A DNA stretch of 64,000 bases. Source: Felis catus (Eukaryota). This document shows, piece by piece, positions 36,773 to 49,357 of the stretch. Position numbers and translations under genes: made by a program. Where the stretch lies: contig NC_058373.1 in assembly GCF_018350175.1 (NCBI RefSeq), positions 108,068,001-108,132,000 on the forward strand, given 5' to 3'. The notes beneath the pieces were generated by a model that saw nothing but the letters and a program-made list of their open reading frames with translations, searched no databases and was not told the DNA's origin. Numbering within the stretch: position 1 is the first letter of the stretch; each line of letters opens with the position of its first letter.

Positions 36773-38244
36773 AATAAAACTATATTTTGGAGTTGTCACC
36801 CACAGAATCTTGATTGCTGTCTCTGTCTATAGTTCCCGTATAATGGTTCTCAACACCTATGAGGAGGTCACTCATTTATTTCAGAACAAAGACACCTCCC
36901 CCCATTGAGTTGGATTAAAAGAATCCCCTGAAGCAGCTGCCAATCTATAAGGCACATTAAAATATCACCGAGCTAATCAGACATCAAAAAATGTAACAAG
37001 ACAGAGAAAACAACATTAGTCAGAAACCATTTCAGGAGAAGTAAGGTATGTGGTTTGTAGACATATTTCTGTGGGTGATTTGAGGTGGAAGGTGGGGAGG
37101 AGCAAAAGAGGATGAGCCATCCTCTTCAAGAGCTGTGCTGTAGTAACAACAGGTGGTTGGTCAATAGACTAACTTCTAAACAAAATGGGTAGGGGTAACT
37201 TGGGATTATACCTGGCTGAATTCGTGTTTTCTCAGATCAGAGCTGGAGTGAAATTGTTTTGAGCAAAAGCAGAAAGTTTGAAACTTCCCTTGTTGGCTCT
37301 CTTTTGCAGTCCTCCTCCCATGTAGCTAGATGTTCTCTCCTAAGAAAGTGATATCACAGGACATCAATTTGAAGAAATTCCAAATTATTAAACTCCCTGG
37401 ATGCCTACCTAGGGACTCCTGCCCTGTTACCTGAGAGTGGTAGGAAACTACCGCTTTTTCCTCTACAGCATTGATTTGAGCTTCTAAACCCTGTTTTGTT
37501 GGGGTGTTATCTTCCTCTTACTTCTTCCTCTTGCCTCTACTTGTAAATGCACAATGTGAAGTCAGGGCAAATACCTTTCACCCCTACTTGTGATATAAGT
37601 TCTCAAAACATTGCTGCTTTGGGTTCCCAGTGTTTGACAAAGGTTTTTGTAATATAGTTCATCACTGATCTTGTTCTAAATTAGAATTTTTATTGCTTCT
37701 CTCTGTTACTCAAATTTAACTATGTATATAAGAGACTGGGTAGAAGGCAGCTTTATGACATTTAAAAACATGTCTCTACCCCCTGCCCTTGGACAATGAC
37801 CCATTTTCCTTGAGCCAAACACCTTGATTATTTTACCGTAAGGTAAGGTATCAAGTGTTGTGTTTCTCTTACCTTAAGACTAGTTTCTTCCCAGGAAGGC
37901 ACTTGGCCTTTCTTGCAGCTAGACACTGATTTAATTGCCCATCAGCTCTCTAGAATGCAGAAATAGTATAAGTGTAGATTTCAGTGCTCAATAAAATAAT
38001 CAGGTTGGGAGATGCAGTATGAACATAGGTATATCTTGGAAGAAGGTGACCTTTTGACTATCCCCTGAATTTCTGCCCATAATTCACTAAATGAAACTTG
38101 GCATCTGGCCTTTTAATGCATGTATTCTATATCGAGACTATATTGTTCTGCTTCTTTGTCAAGGCTTGGAAATAACCTCAGACAGCATTATTTGTAAAGT
38201 ATATTTGACAATAAGAGCTTGTCACCGAAGATACCCAGTGCACT

Positions 38245-38370
38245 CCTGGGTTTTCTCATCTGCAAAAGGAAGGTAATATTAGCACCTGTCTCATAGGATT
38301 ATTGTAAATTTCTTTGATAATATTTACGGAAAAATTGTAGATGGTTCATTTGTATTTTAACAGCCAATTT
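38245..38370 (+). mobile_element. MIR fragment
   Basis: ttttctcatctgcaaaaggaaggtaatattagcacctgtctcataggattattgta. Confidence 0.75.
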
Positions 38371-38544
38371 TTGATGTGGTTATAAGTGCTTATTATTTTG
38401 ATTTTTGTATTATATACACATAACGTAGTCTTGTGAATGAAGCAGATGTTCCACAAGGAGTACCATAAGCTTTAGGGGCTCTGCCACTTGAATAAATTTG
38501 AGCTCCACTGATGTAGAAAGTGCAGGAAATCTCAGGTCACAAAA

Positions 38545-38700
38545 TGTATGTTCAGTCTCTTTTATGTCACTTACCTGTTTTGTAACCTCAGGCAAATCAC
38601 CTAATCTTTCAGTTGTAAATTTCTAATCTGTAAAATGGGACTACTTATATATTCATTTAACTTCTAGGATTTTGCAATGCTCAAATAAAACATAACAAGT
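38545..38700 (+). mobile_element. MIR fragment
   Basis: tgtaacctcaggcaaatcacctaatct...tttctaatctgtaaaatggg. Confidence 0.8.
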
Positions 38701-38910
38701 TATGGAGTTGTCATAACGAAAAATGTCATAATGCAAATTATTCAAAGGGTAGAAATTTCAGCCCCTATCTTGCAAATATATGGGGAACATTTTTTAAGTA
38801 GAAAAGGTCTGTTACCTTCTTCATTCATATGTGTTATATGTCTGCTTTTGTGTGGAGCCAGTTCTGGGTGCTTAGTTAGAATCCTAAATAATCACATGAG
38901 TTAGCACTAA

Positions 38911-39160
38911 TGTTGCAAGTTTAAGGAGAAGAAAAGAAAGGGCACCTAGTTAAATTTGAATGTCAGATAAACAACAAACAACTTTTTAAACACAGGTATG
39001 TCCTATGCAATATTTAAGACCTATTTGCAATAAGAAAAGGTATTCATTGCTTACCCAAAAGTCAAATTTAACATGGTGCCCATGAGATATTTGACCCATA
39101 CACACACATTGTTTGAAATTCAAATTTGACTGGTCATTCTCTGCTTTACCTGGCAACCCC
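38911..39160. mobile_element. MER53-like palindromic hAT MITE
   Basis: agttaaatttgaatgtcagataaacaac...gtatgtcctatgcaatattt...tcaaatttaac; ends ctggcaaccc. Confidence 0.85.
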
Positions 39161-39559
39161 AGCTACATGATACCTTGGTCAAAATGTATTTACTGCTATT
39201 TATATTTAACTGCTATTAAATCTGGAAGGGTAAGAATAAACTAAACAATGAACTAAGCAATATCCTATTTGACCTAGCTGCAGGCTAATAGCTATAAAAG
39301 ACTTATTAAGGGAGTATCAATAGCCATATTTGCCAAAACTTCTATGCACTCTCTGTATCCTCTTGACCTCGCCTGTCTCCAGGATCTACAGACACTGGTT
39401 CTGCTCCAGCTACTTGTGTCATACCAACACTGTGTGGGTTTCAGTTTTGCACAGGAACATCCTGAAAATGCCGTGCCTCACGTCCATGATACATGCATGA
39501 CCTTCTACCCTGGGGCTTTCTTACTGCTGAGATACCACATAACCAATATATAGTAATAA

Positions 39560-39775
39560 AGCAGTCTGCATGGTAAGAAGAGGAAGGATTTGGAGTCAAG
39601 GGACTTGGGCTGTGGTCTAGTCTCTGCTGTTTGCTAACTGAATGCACATAGAGAGATTTTTTTAACCTCTATAGCTTTCAGCTTCTTTATCTGCAAAATG
39701 AGGATAAGTTTGTACTTCACAGACTTGTTCTGAAGAATCAATGAGATAATATACATTAAAAGCACATTAATAGCT
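39560..39775 (+). mobile_element. MIR
   Basis: atttggagtcaag...ttaacctct...cagcttctttatctgcaaaatgaggataa...aatgagataatatac. Confidence 0.8.
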
Positions 39776-39924
39776 CTCACCAATAATTTTCTATGTGTCA
39801 GGCACCATATAAAGTCATTTATATTCTTACAATCAGTAACCCTATGGGTTAGCTTCCACTGTCAACTCCATTTTATAAATGAAGGCACTGAAAACTTATT
39901 TGGAAAAGCAATGTGCTCAGTTAA

Positions 39925-40705
39925 AGGACAATAGTTCCCAGCCTCCTTTGCAGCGAGATGTGATCATGTGACTCAATTCTGACTAATGTGTATAAGTGGA
40001 ACTGTTAATGTGGAACTTCTGGGGAGTTTCCCTAAAATGGAGAGAGGCAGACCCTTCATGGTATGATGCTAAGCGAAATAAGTCAGTCAGAGAAAGACTG
40101 ATATCACATGATTTCACCCAGATGTGGAATCTGAGAAACTTAACAGATGATTATAGAGAAAGAGTAGGAAAAATCATATGTAAACAGAGAGGGAGGCAAA
40201 CCATAAGAGACTCTTAAATACAGAGAACAAACTGAGGGTTGATGGGGGTGGGGAAAATGGGTGATGGTCATTAAGGAGGGTACTTGTTGGGATGAGCACT
40301 GGGTGTTATGTGTAAGTGATGAATCACTGGATTCCACTCCTAAAGCCAAGACTACACTGTATATTAACTAACTTGAGAATTAAAAAAAAAAAAGCATTCA
40401 GTTTAGAAGGAGGGAGGGAGGCAGACTTCATTTTTCCTCCTTTCTTCTGACTGGAATGTAGATACAAAGGCTGGAGTGCAGGCAGCTATTATGGGCCAAA
40501 AAAGTGAAAGAATGATGATGGCAGAGTAGCAAGATGTTGTAGAGCCACTACATGAATCACAGAGAGCCTATCTCAGATCTTCTCTGAGGCTAAGAGAATT
40601 ACCATTCTACTTATTTCAGCCAGTGTAATGTTGTTTTTATATTTATGTGTGCGCATTTTCTTTTATTATTGTTGTCTATATAGCCAAATGCAACCCTAAC
40701 TGATG
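39925..40705 (+). mobile_element. MaLR LTR (MLT1J-like) split by an L1 insertion
   Basis: ttcccagcctcctttgcag...catgtgactcaattctg; ctggaatgtagat...ggctggag; tagccaaatgcaaccctaactgatgca. Confidence 0.8.
40059..40392 (+). mobile_element. Carnivore L1 3' end, 5'-truncated
   Basis: atgctaagcgaaataagtcagtcagagaaagac...gggatgagcactgggtgtt...polyA; flanking aggcagac(cc)ttcat repeat. Confidence 0.93.
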
Positions 40706-41495
40706 CAGAAGTTGATGAAATTTTGGGCTGCCTATCCATTTACATTGTAAACCATAAAATCATTATATATATTTTTTAGTTATAGTTATTATGTAATATT
40801 CTGAAGTGAGTACCCTTAGGAACTAGAAGCATGACTTTTATTGGAAGTCGAGAGGAATTGTGAGCATATGTACTGCAAGAATCAAAATTCATTGATTTTC
40901 CTACACATATTGCAGAACAGCTGCTATCACATAAAACTAATTCCATCTTTTCAGTTAAAACTCATCTCTCCCCAGGCGGTCTGCTACTTACTTCATGTAA
41001 ATATATTCCTTTCTCCATCAAGACATGGTAAAGGAAAGAATGTATTCATTTACCAAGGTGAACAAAATCTGTATCCATAATTATTTTTAAGGCCAATAGC
41101 CAGGAAGATAATATTGGTAAAGTTTAAAAATAAATACATTAACAAAACAACCAATATTTATTCCTGACCATTGACCAATTTGCCAAAGGATTAGAAGTTA
41201 ATTTTATGATCACCTCCAATAATAGTGGTGTGACAGAAAATGTGTGTGTATATTTTTTTTAATTTGCTATTTATAATAATCCTCATTTACAATATCAGTG
41301 AAGTTATATTTCAACACTATAAATAATGTTCATGTTGGCAAAAACTGCATGATTCTAGGATAATGAGAATTTTTTTAAAAAGTAACCAAACAGAATTTAG
41401 GAATGTAAATGCCTACTCTATAATCTCTTTCATATTTACACCTTTTCATTTCAATACATTTAATATGAATCATCATGTTTAAAAATATATGGCCA

Positions 41496-41961
41496 AAATT
41501 ATGGAAAGAGCCTAAATGTCCATCAACTGATGAATGGATAAAGAAATTGTGGTTTATATACACAATGGAATACTACGTGGCAATGAGAAAGAATGAAATA
41601 TGTCCCTTTGTAGCGACGTGGATGAACTGGAGAGTGTGATGCTAAGTGAAAAAAGCCATACAGAGAAAGACAGATACCATATGGTTTCACTCTTATGTGG
41701 ATCCTGAGAAACTTAACAGAAACCCATGGGGGAGGGGAAGAAAAAAAAAAGAGGTTAGAGTGGGAGAGAGCCAAAGCATAGGAGACTGTTAAAAACTGAG
41801 AACAAACTGAGGGTTGATGGGGGGTGGGAGGGAGGGGAGGGTGGGTGATGGGTATTGAGGAGGGCACCTTTTGGGATGAGCACTGGGTGTTGTATGGAAA
41901 CCAATTTGACAACAAATTTCATATATTGAAAAAAATAAAAAAATAAAAAATAAATAAAAAT
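41496..41961 (+). mobile_element. Young felid L1 3' end, 5'-truncated
   Basis: ORF2 C-terminus plus 3' UTR and A tail; perfect 15-bp TSD aaaaatatatggcca at 41481 and 41962. Confidence 0.96.
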
Positions 41962-44238
41962 AAAAATATATGGCCAGCTTTTAAAGTAAGAAAATAAAAG
42001 TCACCAGGCACTTGAACTAAATGAACTCCTAAAGCTGGGCAGTGATTCTAATTTGGAGTTTCTTAGTAGCTTTGAGAAAACTAGGAATATATTGGGCTAT
42101 ATTGTCCCTTTGTCTAATAAAAGAAAATAAGCATAATTTGCACAAAATTAAAAATTTTTTAACCTGAATTCAAGGATGAATTGCTGTGTGGTCCTTAAAC
42201 AATGAGACATAATTTTTTCAATGACAGTTTTATAAAATTATGGAAGTGTTCTAGAGAACCTTCACGTGTACCGATCCTATATAAAGCCTGAAGATATAAA
42301 ATTAAATTGTAACTCAGTGAAGGCATTTCGTTGGAAATATTATGTGAAATTGTGTAAGAAATTTATTTTTGATAATTTAATTTTGTGGCTCCTTCAGAAG
42401 GGATGTACATATATGTTTAAAAGTGTAACATATTGCCACAAAACTCACACAGTTATGGATAATTAATTCCTTCTGCATCCCTGTCTCTTTTTCTCTCCCA
42501 TTCGAGAGAGCACAGCTGGATGCAAATTAAGAGGAAAGTATTATGAGCATAATCTTTATCCTGTTCTAATTTAGAAAAGAAGGTAAATCATTGGCAACAT
42601 TCAGTGGTCTAACTAGTGTTAATATCAAATTACTTGCAACATGATCTCTTTTCAAAATGGTCCTTTTCCTTTCTTCTATTCCCATGACCCCTCTCAACTT
42701 AAATATTGGATTGTTTAAAGAGCCTAATGTTTAATTTTTGAGCGAGGAACACGTACTACATAGAATTAGTTACCATCTACTAATGAGGTTCAAAATATAT
42801 TGACAATTTAATTTCCAAGTACAACGCTTATGTTTTCTCCTAAAAGGAAACAGAAAGTATGACCTCCCAAGAAACTCCATACCTTGGTTGTGGTCTTGTT
42901 TTAAACTTTACTTGATCCTCTATTTACAGCAGAGTTAACAACAGATGACAGCTTTGTAGAATCCTCTACTTGGAATTTGCAGAGGTTAAGGCACAAAGAA
43001 TGGTCCGGCAATAACCTCCATTTCCGCAAAACTAGGAGGAATGGAGACGATGATACAGGAGAAGCTACCATTTACCTACATAGTATCACACACTAAAAAA
43101 TCTAAATCCATGTCTTCCCCATGATTTTCTCCTTTTGATATTTTCCTAGTGGTGTCAAATATGAAAGAGCCTGACTCGATGTTAGACTTGGAAGGATTAC
43201 GAGGCACTAATACTCTTTTCTTAAGTAGAAAAGTAAATGACAGAAATATGATTCCTTTTATTACATAGAGGATATAAAATTCTATATAAATATATTTTCA
43301 TATTTCAACATTAATTTTCATCCATATATAGCACATTTCATTAAATAAGGTCATTAAAAATGAGGTCTTGGAATGTCTTCCGTTGTATATAATCCTGAGA
43401 GTTTCTCATAAGGTATGTAGGTATGAGTCGACACTGTGGCTGAGAAACTGCCCTAGCTCAACACAGGGAGAGCACCTGGAAGAAGAACAGGTAACATCCT
43501 TTGGATTGTCCCTTTCAAATACCAGTTGTTGCAAGGGAAACCTTGGAAAATGTCAAAGGGTATCTTTTGTCACTGGAAAGTATGGAGACACTATTTTTGA
43601 CTCCATGGGGATTTAGCCAGGCACTTCAGAAAGCAGCAATGAGGGAAGAAGAGTTGTCTTTCAGAACTGGCCAGAGAGAAAGTCATTCCTCTTCAGTGTT
43701 GGCGCACACCAGGAGGGTGCTTGGCAGTTACGCTAATATTTTACCAAAAGGAAAGCATTGAATCTAGCCCTGTATGTAGACAAGTACTTGGTTGACACTG
43801 CAGAGTTCTGTGCCAACATGGAAAATGTGATTTTGACATGAAAAATATTAAACGTAGGTGTTAACAACTGACTGCCTTGATCATGAAAGAACTTCAGTAA
43901 GTCTTCTGGAAGACATCTAATTTTCCATAACAGTTTTCTTGATAGGTTAGGGAGGACAGATTAAAAGAAAAATAGACCAAAAATTAACATGATAAATTAA
44001 CCTAGCTCTTAGTGTCTAGCTCAGGGCCAGACCAAAGGATCTGAAGGGTTAGGAATGGAAGGAAAGAACAAATGAATGAATAAATGGTCTATTTGATGGA
44101 GTTGTTTCATATTTCAACTAATTGAGGAAGATTGTTGGTTGAGAGACTTTAGTTTTGGTATTCTTTAGCCATATTGCTCTTCCTGTAAATTATTAGCCAG
44201 TAGGTCCATTTGCTTCTGTTTTGAAATAATGCAATCAA

Positions 44239-44455
44239 GGGGCGCCTGGGTGGCGTAGTCGGTTAAGCGTCCGACTTCAGCCAGGTCACGATCTCGCGGT
44301 CCGTGAGTTCGAGCCCCGCGTCAGGCTCTGGGCTGATGGCTCAGAGCCTGGAGCCTGTTTCCGATTCTGTGTCTCCCTCTCTCTCTGCCCCTCCCCGTTC
44401 ATGCTCTGTCTCTCTCTGTCTCAAAAATAAATAAACGTTAAAAAAAATTAAAAAA
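44239..44455 (+). mobile_element. Young felid SINE (SINEC_Fc1-type)
   Basis: Perfect 16-bp TSD gaaataatgcaatcaa at 44223 and 44456. Confidence 0.97.
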
Positions 44456-45439
44456 GAAATAATGCAATCAAGCCCTCAGCAGGAATGTGTCTTCCTTTTT
44501 GCTCACATGGAAGGCATAGATCCTACTCTTTTGCATAATGGTAACAAGTTAAGTTAAATATATATTGGAGAGAAGAGATAAGGGACTTAGAACACAGTGC
44601 TATTTTCTACAATTGAGGGCTGTAGTTCAATTAACACAAAACTTTGACAGTGGTGCCATGACACAGACATAGAAAAAGTAGTAATGATCAGTGACCTGAA
44701 AACAGATTACACAGTTTGGTCTCCTGTTTGTGGAGTCAGATAAATGAGGGAATTGATCTGCACTATGAAAGGATTTCTATTACGCATACCTATTTTATTT
44801 CATAACATAAAACAGAGAAAATCAGTAGTGGAATTGATACTATAGCCTCTTTGTTCCTTACACAAGGTACTAGACTGAAAAACTTGACCCCGTAATTTGA
44901 GAAGACAAGAGTACTTCTGAGAGCTGTCCAACAGACTAGTGGTCTATAATTTGGGAGATAAATGGCTCCCCTTTCCCACCAAAAGGGATAGTCAACCCCC
45001 AATTATATGAAGAGTCTCAGCCCAAGCTTTTCTTCTAGATTTCAGCAACCAGAGGCTCAGAACCTTGGTAAACATCACCGACAAGGACCGGGTCATATAA
45101 GCACCTATTCTTCAGGCTTCACTGGAGTCATGGATTAGCATAAAGTTTCCTCTTTACCACTTCTCTGCAATGGCCTCTTATTTGGGGAGACACTCGGATG
45201 TTATGTCTGATGTGCTGGCCCAATTATTGACAGCACTCATTTTCCCTTTCAAAATGGTCTTATTTGGAACAATAAATTATATGGTTACTGCCACATCTTA
45301 TCAACCTACTGTGGAAACCACTCTTCGAGGGTTTTCCATGCACACTGAAAGCTGCCTCTATTCTGTCATCCTACATTCAAAGACATCGTTGGTACTACAG
45401 GTAATCAACTGTAGGGAAATCGGGGTGGTAGACATCAAG

Positions 45440-45530
45440 TCTCTGTGAGACCATGAGTAGGTCACTCAAACTTCCTCGGCTTCAATTTCCTCATGTAAAA
45501 TAAGAACATTCAAGTAAATGATCTTTTCAG
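45440..45530 (+). mobile_element. MIR core fragment
   Basis: tgtgagaccatgagtaggtcactcaaacttcctcggcttcaatttcctcatgtaaaat. Confidence 0.65.
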
Positions 45531-46599
45531 CAATATGCCGTTTGGGCTGAAATGAAGCAGTCTGAGCCCTCTATTCTTGTCACTAATTCATACTTATGGT
45601 CTGGGCACACCAGAAAGAAGGTCAAATTCTTTCTGAGGTCTAATAAAGCCAACCATTATGAAGCTGCTGTGGATATTTTATTGCCATTTTGAGGTTCAAA
45701 CATATCCTGAACTTCCAGGGACATTCAGACCAGCTTGAAGGAGGCAGAGCCAGTAGCTTGCCATGTATAGAAAACTCTGGCCTTCCATGTTGGCACTAAT
45801 GTATCATGTCTGAGAACAAAAACATTCTCTTCCATTGCCTGGAAGACTTGACCCTCATTTCTGAAAAATATGGGTGCATAGTAGACCTATATCACCATTT
45901 ATGATCCTATAGGAGTAGATTAGTGCATATCTTCAGCAGCTCAACTTTCCATCTTTTGTAAACACTCATTGTTTACAAAAAGGGTAAACTCTACCTCTCC
46001 CAAAAAGGGTTTGAGTTTGCTTTCATCTCCCCATTGATAACTACAGTCTTGTTAGTTTATTAATTTGTTTTATGATCCAATAATCTCTACTTAATTACAA
46101 GACAGCTGCCAGGTCAGAGGTGAAAAATGAAGTCCCTATCTTGATAAGACAAAATCATGCACAAGGTGAAGTTTGGGGATTAGAAGCAGGAGAAAGCAGA
46201 GGAAGACGTTCTGTTAGAGAAAATGGAACAGGTGATAGGGACAAGAAACTATAAGAGTTAAGATCAAGAAATAAGAGTCTTTCCAATTCTCAGGGGGGAT
46301 GGCTTGCCTTTATTGTACTTCATTTGTCTTTCTATTTGCTGCCTCCTTTCAGTCAACCCTCTGTTCATTCAGTGAGTCTCTGTTCCTTAAAACCAAATAA
46401 TCCCGTGAAACCAAAAAAACCCCTGCTCATTAAGCTTTTTAGTGTAACTCCAGTTTAGGTGAGTGTATCAAGAAGAACCTCAACAGTGAACAGATGGCAC
46501 ATTCACCTTGAAGATTTCAAAGGTCAGGTGGTGGAGGGTGGCGCGGGGGGGGTGGGCTTTAGAGACACAGGGGATTGCACAGAAAGCCAACATTAGTGA

Positions 46600-46895
46600 C
46601 TGTTGAGCATTTACCACACCTGCGCTGAAAGAACAAAGAGGCAACAATTACTGGAACTCATAAAAAGAGTCCTGTGCAGAGAAATACCTTGAGAAGAGCA
46701 GTGACTTGGGTCAAGGAACACAGCCAGCCTGAGGCGACCTCATAGGGAGGAAGTCAAGGGAAATGTATCCTGATCTCACTTGCCTGCCTCCAATATCCTA
46801 CTGGCCTGGCCCCCAGATTGGCCAAGCCCCACCTGAAGCCAGAGTGGAAGGAAACCTATAGATGTTATCCGTAGAGTTCAGTGTCCTGGGGTAGA
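46600..46895. mobile_element. Old LTR remnant (ERVL/MaLR class)
   Basis: cctgatctcacttgcctgcctccaatatcctactgg...gattggccaagccccacctgaagccagag. Confidence 0.5.
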
Positions 46896-48090
46896 GAACT
46901 CCTCATTTGCATTTACCTGGATACATTTCTGACTGCAGCTCCCTAAGAAAGTGGCTAAATCTCCTGCACTTACAGCCTTAGGGGAGAAAGCACTATCAAT
47001 CTGGAAAGTGATGTGCAGGTCCTGCCTAGTCAAACACAAACACACCAGACCGTACAAAGCATCTTCCTGGCCCAGCAAGGCAGAGGCAGTTCCGCATACG
47101 TCAGCCTGGGAGGAGAAGCCTTACCAAGAAAGGGAGCCGTGGGCAGTAATGAGAACGGGCAGCCAAGTGTGAAATCCTGCCACTGGCCAGCGGCAACTGG
47201 AAACAACACCAAAAATAGCTCAGGCAGCATCCCAGCTTTAGGACAGGGATAGAAATGGTGCTTTTACCAAGAGACGTCCTTTCAAGCCATTTAGAGAACT
47301 CACGGAAATGGTACTGTTGCATTATTTTTATTCCAAACATCTATTCCCAAAGGAACCCTGAGCCACAATGTCCTTCTGTATCTCTGGGAAAAAGTGGGTC
47401 TGTTCTGGTAGGGCTGAGAAAACTACCTGCAGGGACACAGGCAGGTGATAGTTTATAAGGACCAGGGTCCAGGACAAATCTGCATGTGAAGCATGAAGAG
47501 AAAACGCTGTCTCACTCTCAAAACTATTTTTGTTTCTTTTTGTGGAGAATAGAAGTAACTCTTTTTCTATTTTATCACCAGGTCTTCATAAAAGGAGATC
47601 ATCATGTACTCCATTCTCAGAGTAATTGTACAAAACCCAGTATTGCTACCTAATAATTGAGTGCCCCCCCCAAAATACATACATTTTCTTCAGTGTCTCT
47701 ACCAGCCTCTCACAACTGCTCCCTTAAAATCATGAAAAATTCAATTAAATATTGATATCTGTGCTATTTTCATCGCAAAAGAAGTTTCACAAGCCTCAAA
47801 CGTGATCACCAACTCCAGAGTGTAAATTCTGAATCAATATAATTCAGGAGACTCATACTGAGTTTCATCTCTGTGCTAGACACAGAATACTAAGATGAGT
47901 TTTAAATGGCCTGGGCTTCAAGGAAATGGACAAATAAACAAAGGATTATAGTATAGTAGAATATGTAGAATAAGTCTTTATATTTTATAAAAAGTTCATT
48001 ACATAAGAGAGGAATTGATTAAATCTTAAGGAGGCAAAAAGTCTTTCTAAAGTAAATGGCATATGAATTTGGCTTTAAAAAATGAATAAG

Positions 48091-48322
48091 GGGGCGCCTG
48101 AGTGGCTCAGTTGGTTGAGCGTCCGACTTCGGCTCAGGTCATGATCTCTCGGCCAGTGAGTTCGAGCCCCGCGTCAGTCTCTGTGCTGACAGCTCAGAGC
48201 CTGGAGCCTGTTTCAGATTCTGTGTCTGCCTCTCTCTCTCTGACCCTCCCCCGTTCATACTCTGTCTCTCTCTCTCTGTCTCAAAAATAAACGTTAAAAA
48301 AAATTTAAAAAAAAACATAAAT
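48091..48322 (+). mobile_element. Can-SINE, relatively young
   Basis: CpGs largely retained; TSD aaaaaatgaata(a/g)g at 48077 and 48323. Confidence 0.96.
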
Positions 48323-48337
48323 AAAAAATGAATAGGA

Positions 48338-48519
48338 GGGGCCCCTGGGTTGCTCAGTTGGTTAAGCATCCGATTCTTGACTTCACCATCATGAGACCAA
48401 GCCCCGCATTGTGCTTGCATGCTGGGCTTGGAGCCGGCTTAGGATTGTCTCTCCCTCTGCCCCCCTCTCATCTCCTGTGTGCACACATGCAATCTCTCTC
48501 TTTCAAAAAAAAAAAAAAA
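48338..48519 (+). mobile_element. Can-SINE, older subfamily
   Basis: ggggcccctgggttgctcagttggttaagcatccg...polyA. Confidence 0.9.
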
Positions 48520-48728
48520 GTGACCCTGTGTGGCTCAGTCAGTTACGCGTTCAACTTCAGCTCAGGTCATGATCTCACAGTTTGTGAGTTCAAGCCTCAT
48601 GTCGGGCTCTGTGCTGACAGCTCAGAGCCTGGAGCCTGCTTCGGATTCTGTGTCTCCCTCTCTCTTGGCCCCTACCCTACCCTGTTTGTGCTCTGTCTCT
48701 CTGTCTCTCAAAAATAAATTAACATTTA
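48520..48728 (+). mobile_element. Can-SINE directly after the A tail of the previous SINE
   Basis: tggctcagtcagtta...gctgacagctcagagcctggagcctgcttcggattc...aaaaataaa. Confidence 0.94.
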
Positions 48729-49357
48729 AAAAAACGAAAAGGAGTTAAAAGGTGGCTAAGGGTAGAAGGGCATTCCAAACAAAAGGAAGAGTATGTGCAA
48801 AGCCAAGAGGCCTGAATGAACAAGTTGCATCTGAGGGACTAGAAGCAAGTTGACATTGCCAAAGCATAATATGCTCAGGGGAGAAAAAGCTTGAGAGAAA
48901 GGCAGACACCGGGTGACAGCAGGCGGCCAGCAGAGTGTGATCAGCAGGGGTGAGTTTTAAGTAATCTAATAGCACGCGGTACTTTGAAAATGGTTTCTTT
49001 TCTGATTTTGTTATGTTTAATTAAATCAGAGTGTCTATCCCCTATAATCATCATCACACATCAGTCATCTCAGTTCCATTGTGACATTAATTCTTGAGTG
49101 GGAGGGCAAATGGCATTAATTCCCTTGTGCTGTGAGTTGAACATCACCTGTGTACCCCCAGGGAGTGTGTCACTCAAGAGAATGCAGTCTTTCCTGGAGT
49201 CAGAGCCAGGAAAGGAAGCGCCTCTACTGGCTGCATAGAGACAACAGAGGGCCTAAAGCAGGGGTGCGAAATGGTCACATTTGCGTTTAGCAAGACCCCC
49301 CCCCCCACCCGACAGCTTCGTGAGAAATTGGTTGTTTTGGATAGTAGAAGGCATAAT

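Larger units (their letters stand above)
47845..48900 (-). mobile_element. L2 remnant interrupted by a three-SINE cluster
   Basis: tactgagtttcatctctgtgctagacac; gggcattccaaacaaaaggaagagtatgtgcaaagcc. Confidence 0.75.

Noticed and set aside
39010..39035. miR-1302 gene
   Set aside because: The MER53 segment is too diverged from the recalled mature sequence and there is no expression evidence.
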